Positions 21,907-29,306 of a stretch of DNA of 29,306 nucleotides are shown here, in pieces. The DNA lies in assembly GCA_001179505.1 (NCBI GenBank), contig CDMY01000695.1:1-29306 (forward strand), given 5' to 3'. Under the pieces are notes generated by a model. That model had not been told where the DNA came from. It ran no database searches and saw only the letters and a program-made list of their open reading frames with translations. The translations under genes and the position numbers were made by a program. The stretch's first letter is position 1. Every line of letters begins with the position of its first letter. The stretch is from Vitrella brassicaformis CCMP3155 (taxonomy: Eukaryota; Protista; Chromerida).

Positions 21907-23979
21907 GTCATGAGTGAAGCATAGCAACCCGCCCCTGAGTGAGTGAGTGAGGGACTGATGCGTCCGTCCGTCTTGCTTGTGTGTGTCGTGTGTCGGCGTT
22001 GGTGTCACACACACGGACACCTGGCTAGCTGGCTCCCTGGCTGGCTGGCTAGGTGGGCGGGGGTATACTTATTTGTGTGGGAGGTTGGTTGGATTATCGG
22101 CTGGGGTGGGTCCATCTCTTGCCATGTCTGTATGTATGTCTCTTTGGTTTCTGTCTACCTACCTGTCGGCCTGCTTGTTTGTTGCCGCAGGGTAAGGTGG
22201 GTGAGGGGTGGCGCACGGTGGCACTTAGTGGGAGGTGGTGGTGGTGGTGGGAGCGACTTACGTGCTTGCTTACTTACTTGTGCGAATTGAGTATCTGATT
22301 GTGTGAGTGATTGATAGTTGCCTGCCTGCCTGCCTGCCCGTGGGTCTGTCTCTCTGTCTGTCTGTCTGTCTGTCTGTCTGTATCTGTGTACTTGCGCCCG
22401 CTCCGGATGGATGGATGCGATGCGCAGAGTTTTGTCCTGCCTGCCTGTTGGGGGCTGGGTGGCTGACCTGCCTGCCTCCCTGCCCGCCTGCCTGGGTTCT
22501 CTATCTCTTCTTACCTCACCCTGTTGTCTCTCGGCTCCCCTCCCTGGCTCTAGACTCCCTATAGCTCCCTCCCTCCCTCCCTCCTAGTGACCCACACACC
22601 CATACCCACACACACAACCACAGACATGCACCGTACATCCATCCCATGCCCATGCGCTTCACACACACATCATCACGACAACCACCGCCACCGCCACCGC
22701 CGTGCCATCCATATCAGCCACATATTGGTAGACACACAGACGGACGGACGGACGGATGGATGCATAATTCACTGCCTGACCTGCCTGACCCTGGCTGCCT
22801 CCGTGGTTGCGTCAGCGCCCTCTCTCTGTCTCTGTCCGTTCCGTGCATATGTGTGTGTGTATGTGAGATGAGAGAGCGCCTCTGTCAGTGTCGGCTCCGC
22901 GGTTGTTTTATTCAACTGTTGGCTAGGCGTGACAGGACAGCTGCTCTGCTCGCTGTGGGGGTGAGTGCAATCGGCGTGAGTGTGTGTCGATTGGGTGGGT
23001 GGCCTGTAAAGCGTGTCGGCGTGGCGTACAAGTAAGGAGCTGACGGACGGAGAGAAACACACAACTGCCTGCCGGCCGGAGAGTGCGCGTGAATTATTGC
23101 CTCTGACTGACTGGGTGGGTGGCTGCTTCTCTCCCTTACTTTGAGCGGTTGCTGGTTGCTTGGTTGCTTGGCTGGTTGGCTGGCTGCTGCCGTGACTTAT
23201 TCCAATGGGTGGCTGAGAGGCCGACTGACTGAGTGAGCGCTTCTTTAACATCTTGTGATCGATGTTTGGCCACTCACTGTGACGGTATGTATGAGTGAGT
23301 TGAGTCAATGCCGGTCGGTCGCCATTTCATCAAGTCGACGTACACGCATCGCATCTCATCGCATCCGTTAGTTACGCCATGGCCATGGAGGCCCGGCCAT
23401 GCACATCTGTCTGTCTGAGGGATGGATGGAGCATCTCCCCACCCACCCACACCACACCACATCTACACAACCTTACACCGCCACCCCATTCCCCGTCTTA
23501 ATTACGCCTCACACCCATACCCACCAGCAAAGGATGGATGGAATCAATGAATGACTTACCGTACGGACCGTCACACACAACCCACCCCACCCTCCACACA
23601 CATCGCATCGCATCGCGGCACCGAGGCATCGCATCCATCCATCAGCCACATAACATGCGACAAGGAAGTAGGAGGAATTAGTAATTACTGGCTGGCAGGC
23701 AGGCAGGCTACATGAGGGAGGGGCCGGCCCGGCATCCTTCTTTCAGACGCATAGATAGATAGATAGATACAGATAGATAGATACTTGGCGACATGGATGC
23801 GATGCGCGTGTGAATGGAATGCACCGACACACAACCGACCGACCGACCAACAGCACCATAACATGCAGGGCACATCTACACGGGAGAGGGGTGGGGGGAG
23901 GGAGGGAGGGAGGGGGACGTACTGGACCGACCGACAGGTTGGCCCTTGTCTGTCTCGTGATCATAGTCGATCGGATCGA
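21907..23979. repeat. Microsatellite-rich convergent intergenic/3'UTR region
   Basis: Dense short tandem repeats (GCCT, GTCT, GGAC, GGCT, CCCT, GATA, GGAT, ATCGC). I found no credible spliced CDS. Confidence 0.7.
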
Positions 23980-25168
23980 TCATATCAGTTTCTTGGATTT
24001 TGTCCGCTCCTCTTTCTGTTTCTTCCTCAGCGACTTGGAGCTCTCCTTCTTCTCCTAACGAGGGAGGCCATCACCACACACACAAACACACACACACACA
24101 CACACACACAGAGTGGGTGGGGTGTGAATAGTAGGCACGTCCGCTGTGACTGACCTTTTTGTCTTCCTGCATGAGCTTGCGTAGAGCGAAGATGGCCGCC
24201 CCAAAGAACACACTCACCACTATTGCGACTGACATAAAAAAGCGACCCACACACAGATGGATGGATGGACAGAGAGGAAGGACGCGGGAGCTTGTGTACA
24301 TGACATGTCCATGTTGGACGTGCCTGCCTCCGTGCCTTCCTTCCCTTCCCCCATCACTCACTGTAGAGGATCTTGACGCCCGAGCTCATCCGCATGTCCC
24401 ACCCACCTATCGCCGGACCAGCGCCCGCCGACTGATTCGCCTACACACACACCAAACCCAACCCACGATTGCAATGCACACGTAGGTATTGTTGCACCCC
24501 ACCTACCCTACCTGGTCAGCTTCGATGACCCTGCCGAGCATGGCCATCTGCCTCTTGCTGAGCGAGAATGGCGTGCCATCCCTGTGGTGGATGATCTCCT
24601 TGTCGACCTGCTCGGGGGTCATGGTGGGCGGCTTGTGCTTGATCATCTCGATGTGCTGGTCGTTGATGTTGAAGTAACAAAAGGTCAGGTGGCGGTGCAC
24701 AATCAGGTTGATGGCCTCGCCCTCTGACAGCCGGTTGCGGGTTTGCGGCTGGCTGAGGATCTCCTGCACCATCCGCTGCAGCAGCTCCTGGCTGCGCCCC
24801 ACCCACCCCCGCACCAGGTCCACACACATCTGACGAAAAGGAAGGAGGCAAGCAAGGAAGGAAGAATGCAATGCATCACGATGATGCCACCCATGGTGAC
24901 TGTCTGTCTGTCTGTCTGTCTGTGTGTTCGCTGAGCTCCTACTGACCTTCATTCTCTCCATCCTTTGAGGTTCAGAGAGACTGGCGTCCATAGCGTCGGC
25001 AGCGGCCTCCTCGAGCTGGTCTGCCTCTTCTTCTTGCTTTGCTTGCTCTTCTGGCACATCCTCCAGCTCTGCTGTGTCGAGATCTGCGATATCCACATCA
25101 TCCTCACCCCGCAGAGGCACCAACGAAATCGCCAGCAAAGCAACAAGCAAGATGGGAACCCAACGCAT
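23980..25168 (-). CDS. Unknown type I membrane protein: signal peptide, acidic luminal region, one TM helix, Lys-rich tail ending KKLI
   Basis: Exons 25168-24947, 24829-24512, 24440-24362, 24228-24155 and 24054-23980 are in frame. N-terminus MRWVPILLVALLAISLVPLRG; TM ILYIAIVVSVFFGAAIFAL; tail ...EERTKSKKLI*. Confidence 0.85.
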
Positions 25169-25357
25169 CTTCGGGAAAGGGATGCCTCTCCTCTCACCCT
25201 CTGCACCCTCGATGACTCATTGCGAGCTGGATCGCTTGAGGCAAGCCCAGCGTAGCCTGTAGCCTGGCGTGACGTGCACACGCAGCGGCGACAGCATGAC
25301 GACAAACACTTGAGTCCTATCAACAGACGCTCACGAATACTGACTGACCGAGTCGAG

Positions 25358-26419
25358 ATGAGCTGGGCCCAGAATCTCACCCGCAAGGGGGGTTTTTGGA
25401 AAGACGCCCATTGGTATGACCTCCACGCGCCCACCCGCCTGCCGCAGTACAAGCAGATGACCGAGCAGCTGGTCAGATCAGCGCCTCCACTCGGCGACCA
25501 AGACGCAGTGTAAGCCTATGTAGCCTGTCTGCTGCATCAATCACACCACGCACAGACAGCTAGCTGCACGACAGACAGACACATGAATACGGGTCGATGT
25601 TTCCATCTCCATGTCTGTCCACTGCGTGTCCCCAGGTGTGACTTTCTCTGCGGTTCTGGTGCTGCTGGCGTGGCCTTTCGGGAAGCCTATCCAGACGTGC
25701 CGATCACCTTCGTTGATTCGAGCACCGAGCGGCTTCGAGAGGTCAGACGCCGGGTGTCAACGAAGCAGGCTGAGGGCTCCCCCGTGTGGCGCCGCGTGCG
25801 GGAGGATGGCGACAAGGCCGCCCTCAGCAGCACCAGCACCACCAGCAGCAGCAGCCCGATGCAGATGCAGATCTCCTTCGAGGAGGGCGCACCGGTCCAC
25901 CTCCACGAGTATGCCTTCGAATATGACTCGCCGACAGCCATCCCTCACGCCCCATTCGACCTGATCATCGCACAGCTGGCGCTGCACGTGATTGTGGGGC
26001 ATGAGCATGAGACGGAGGGAGGGAGCGAGGGCGCTGTGCCTCGGTACCTGACCGTGATGCGATATCTCTGGCGGCATCTGAAGCCGGGCGGGCACCTGCT
26101 GATTGCCGACCACGTGGGTTGCCTGCCGTGCGGGCAGCAGATGGCCCTCCTGGCTGAGGGCGGCATGTTCGAGGACGTCGATGTGGCCTGGAGAGAAGGT
26201 ACGGTAAGAGTGAGAGGAGGGAGTGGGTGGTCGGGGAAGGAAGGATAGCTGATGCGTATCTGAAGTCTGTGTGCTGTGCTGTGCTGTGCTGTGCTGTGCT
26301 GCACAGGTGCGTTCTTCGTCATTGGCGGGCGCAAGTCGGTGTCAGGTGGTGCGACGCCCACATGGCACACGGCACACGGCATCGACATGAATGAACTCGA
26401 CAAAGACAAACTCAGCTAG
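25358..26419 (+). CDS. Class I SAM-dependent methyltransferase (~275 aa), prokaryote-like
   Basis: Exons 25358-25509, 25636-26198 and 26307-26419. Motif I VCDFLCGSG, ITFVDSS, FDLIIAQLALH, LKPGGHLLIADHV and terminal FEDVDVAWREGAFFVIGGRK. Confidence 0.88.
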
Positions 26420-26755
26420 ATAGCCAGTCGACAGACAGATAGACAGACAGACGGACAGACGGACAGATAGACGGGAGAGCGTCCAGTGGGGGTGCTTCTT
26501 GTGGGGTGGGGTGGGTTGGTTGCTCGGCCTGCCTGATGGATGTCAAGACGGGTGGGGTGTGGTGACTTACAATTTTGGACATGCAGAGTTGGGTGTTGGT
26601 CATGTGCTGACTGACTGACAAGTAGATCTTGCCTGTTTGTGGTGTACGTCATGGTGTATTGAAATGGCAATTAATGGCAATTCTCCCCGTTCACAAAGTT
26701 TACGCATGCAATTCCGTTGAGACGCCCTGTGGGCCACCTCAATCCGCTTGTTGAG

Positions 26756-27420
26756 ATGATGCGCTCAACAGTCATGCTCTCCCTGACGCTCTTGTTGGTC
26801 TCATGCGTCACCGCCCAAGAGTTCCTCTTGTGAGCCGAGAGAGGAGGGATGCATCCTCTCCAGGTCCATCGTGTCTGCATTTTGAACTCCCTGTGCAGCA
26901 CTGAGCCTGACGCTCCCCTTCACAAGACCAAGGAGCGGCTCAAGAGCCTCGCTGCCAAGTCGGTCTTCGAGGACGATGCAGCCTTGGGTCATGCGCGAGG
27001 CCTGCAAGACGTGAATGACACGACATCCAACACGACATCTGGTGACTTCGAGACCGTGTTCAACACTCCCGCTGACGACGGCTTCGAAGCCACGCCGCCC
27101 AAGGACTTCAGTGAGCCAAGAAGAGGAGCATGGCACCACCATTCTCTCCCATGACGTGCAGGCATTTCCGGCTGCTGGTCCCGTTCTGACCTGGAGGATG
27201 CGGCCTTCGAGGTCAACCAGGTTCGTGTCCGATGCTGAGTGACGTGGGGATACCGATGCTCTCATTTCATTAATGCATTGCTCTCCAGGTGCACGGCCAC
27301 AAGTACTTTTTCGTGGGCGGAGAGAGCGGCGTCCTGCAGGGCGACAAGGTCATGTTCAGAGGACAGGTACGTCGACGAACGGCATGAGCGGGCTGGCGTG
27401 GGCGACCTCTGGATGTGTGG

Positions 27421-27452
<32 letters not shown>

Positions 27453-27579
27453 TGCACCCAATGACTGCATGTAGGTGGGTACAATCACCGCGTCTGCTGA
27501 CGGCGAGAGGGCCACCCAGATAGACTTTGAGACCCACAGCTGGGTGTACGTCTCGGAGCAATGCGAAATCAACGTCTAG
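26756..27579 (+). CDS. Unknown secreted protein (~175 aa)
   Basis: Exons 26756-26829, 26899-27110, 27162-27220, 27289-27366 and 27475-27579 are in frame with GT-AG introns. Signal peptide MMRSTVMLSLTLLLVSCVTA-Q; C-terminal beta-rich region SISGCWS...SEQCEINV*. Confidence 0.75.
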
Positions 27580-28280
27580 ACTGACCGACTGACCGACAGA
27601 CAGACACCCATACCAACCATCTTTTTCTTTTCAACTGCATACGGACGGCATACTCAACGCAGCGCTCTCTCTTTTTGCATCTGTGGATGTGTGGATGGAT
27701 GGATGGATGGACGCCTAATTGGTCGGCTCACTGCCTCCCTCCCTTCGTGTGTGTTGTGATGTATTCTACCTACACCATCTATGTGTGCCTCCCATGTGTG
27801 TGTGTAGAAATCGCTTTGTATGTCCATCGCCTGTTTAGGTGTGTGTATGTTCTGTCTGTCTGTCTGTCTGTGCGTGATGGGTGCGGTGCATGGTTGTTGC
27901 CCAGGCATTTTGTAAGACTCGCTATCCTAGTGAGTGACGGGACTTTTGTAATCCGGCTGGCTGGCTGGTCCATCGACGGCACTTTTAACGTGAGGAGCGA
28001 GAGCGAGAGCGAGAGTGAGAGTGAGAGAGGCAGCCGTGTGTCCAGAGACGAGATAGACAGGACGACAGCTGCTGCACTCCCCTCCCCTCCCCTCCTCCCC
28101 CCGCCCTCCTCCCCGCTCGAGAGCGTGTGTACATGTATGGGGTGTTTGTTTCTTGAGTGACTGACTGCCTGACTGGGTGGGGTGGGTGGGCCGACCGATG
28201 GACAGACAGACACCTTTTTTTGTGGGTCACCGGACAGACACGAATTATTCTACATCACAGAGTCTGTTCCAGTCCGTCCG

Positions 28281-28809
28281 TCATCCTAGCAGCAGCTCAA
28301 CCACAATCACGAGCACGTTACACAACGCCAGCGGCACTGTAGAAGGCGCACAACCCGACACCAAACATCCATCCATCCATCGTGTGTGCGTGTGCGTGTG
28401 TGTTTGCCCGATGTGCTTACTTCTGAGGTATGTCCTGACGGCATAGAGCAACATGGCCACCTGGTTCTTCAGACCCTCACCTGCACACACCACACCAGTG
28501 TCGACACACACAAACCATGGCCGGCTGTCCATCCGTCTGTCTGTCTGTCCGTCTGTGCGCATGTCAGTCATCTCATCTCACTGACCATATGCAGGCTTGT
28601 CCAGAGAATCTTAAGGGCACACAGCCAGCACATACAACCATACACATACATAAACGCAAGCACATCACACATCGGCTGTCTTCGCTTTCTGCCTTTTCGT
28701 GTCGTGACACGTACGTACACTTAGCGAGGAATCGTTTGTCGTGGAGGATGGCGAGTGCGTTGGCAACAAACAGAGCCGCCTCCAGCAGATGCAGCAGCGT
28801 GAACGCCAT
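28281..28809 (-). CDS. YOS1: Yos1/IER3IP1 family ER-Golgi transport protein (76 aa)
   Basis: Exons 28809-28719, 28609-28586, 28480-28421 and 28336-28281 give MAFTLLHLLEAALFVANALAILHDKRFLAKYSLDKPAYGEGLKNQVAMLLYAVRTYLRMPLALCNVLVIVVELLLG, matching the IER3IP1 pattern MAFTL...NAIAVLHEERFL...RTVMRVPLI...LLLG. Confidence 0.95.
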
Positions 28810-28927
28810 GACGTCGACGAGAGCGAGGCAAGACACACGACCTGCTGCAGCTGGGCAGATCTCTCCGACTACCCGGCCCCGCCTGTCCATGTCATTTCGT
28901 GTGCCGCCTGGTATCTTCTCGGGAGAG

Positions 28928-28932
28928 AAAAA
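28928..28932 (-). terminator. Possible Pol III terminator (T5) about 35 nt downstream of the tRNA-Ser-like gene
   Basis: AAAAA on the + strand reads TTTTT on the tRNA strand. Confidence 0.4.
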
Positions 28933-28966
28933 CAAACGGCTAGAAGGGATGGGCAGGACAGCAGCA

Positions 28967-29048
28967 CGACAGCTGCAGGATTCGAACCTGCGCGGGTAAC
29001 CCTAGTGGATTTCAAGTCCACCGCCTTAACCACTCGATCCAAACTGTT
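28967..29048 (-). tRNA. trnS-UGA: tRNA-Ser(TGA), degenerate and possibly a pseudogene
   Basis: AACAGTT TG GATCG AGTGGTTA AGGC G GTGGA CTTGAAA TCCAC TAGGGTTACCCGC GCAGG TTCGAAT CCTGC AGCTGTC G. Anticodon and T arms are perfect, with a long variable arm and G discriminator. The 1:72 pair is A/C and the D-stem is distorted. Confidence 0.85.
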
Positions 29049-29306
29049 TGTCATCCATGCTGCGGACACTCCTTCATTCATTCATTCATTCAGTTCATCA
29101 AGCGTCTCCTATGAACGCATGAAAATGCATTCATGGAAACGGTCTAGCAGCCCTGCAAAAACGAGGCAGAGACCAGGGCGGCGAGTCCGGCTCACCAAGG
29201 TTTCCCTTGGCTACCCCTGGGTTTCGAAGAAAAATGCCAGTCCGTTTTCAGCCCGATGGCGCGGGGCTGCCCTGCTTGTATACGTCCCCCGGGCGAGGGG
29301 AGGTGG

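Noticed and set aside
21939-22190. Donor-like gtgagtgag and acceptor-like gttgccgcag downstream of the MORN stop (possible 3'UTR intron or alternative last exon)
   Set aside because: Such motifs arise readily in this repeat-rich DNA, and the alternative peptide is low-complexity. It cannot be supported without transcripts.
26704-26710. GCATGCA, resembling the apicomplexan ApiAP2 TGCATGCA element, upstream of the secreted gene
   Set aside because: It is a partial match, and similar words also occur in introns of this window.
26801-27265. 154-aa minus-strand ORF that looks protein-like
   Set aside because: It is antisense to a five-exon plus-strand gene with a signal peptide and clean in-frame GT-AG junctions.
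29100-29306. Possible gene start at the window end (ATGs near 29234 and 29256)
   Set aside because: Too short and truncated, with no recognisable motif or splice support.
1-29306. CRISPR arrays, transposons or rRNA
   Set aside because: The repeats are 2-5-nt microsatellites without spacer structure. I saw no transposase or reverse transcriptase motifs, terminal repeats or rRNA-like segments.

Overview
This window is eukaryotic and very intron-rich, with microsatellite-laden introns, so most ORFs in the supplied six-frame track are intron read-through artefacts. I rebuilt the genes by hand from GT/GC-AG boundaries and reading-frame continuity. The style (short repeat-filled introns, a signal peptide + Phe + transit peptide plastid leader, alveolate-type acylation motifs) suggests a photosynthetic alveolate such as the chromerid Vitrella brassicaformis; this is inference. 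Gene order: partial unknown CDS (-), small acylated protein with an RVxF motif (+), CS/p23-domain protein (-), plastid-lumen pentapeptide-repeat protein (-), group I truncated hemoglobin (+), divergent proteasome alpha-2 (-), SPT4 (+), coatomer alpha with about 44 exons and an intronic assembly gap (-), acylated MORN-repeat protein (+), type I membrane protein with a KKxx tail (-), prokaryote-like SAM methyltransferase (+), unknown secreted protein (+), YOS1/IER3IP1 (-) and a damaged tRNA-Ser(TGA) (-). The most striking signal is intron architecture: (AC)n-type repeats near donors and complementary (GT)n repeats replacing the polypyrimidine tract near acceptors, in genes on both strands. This suggests structure- or repeat-guided splicing. 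I saw no CRISPR arrays, rRNA or recognisable mobile elements.
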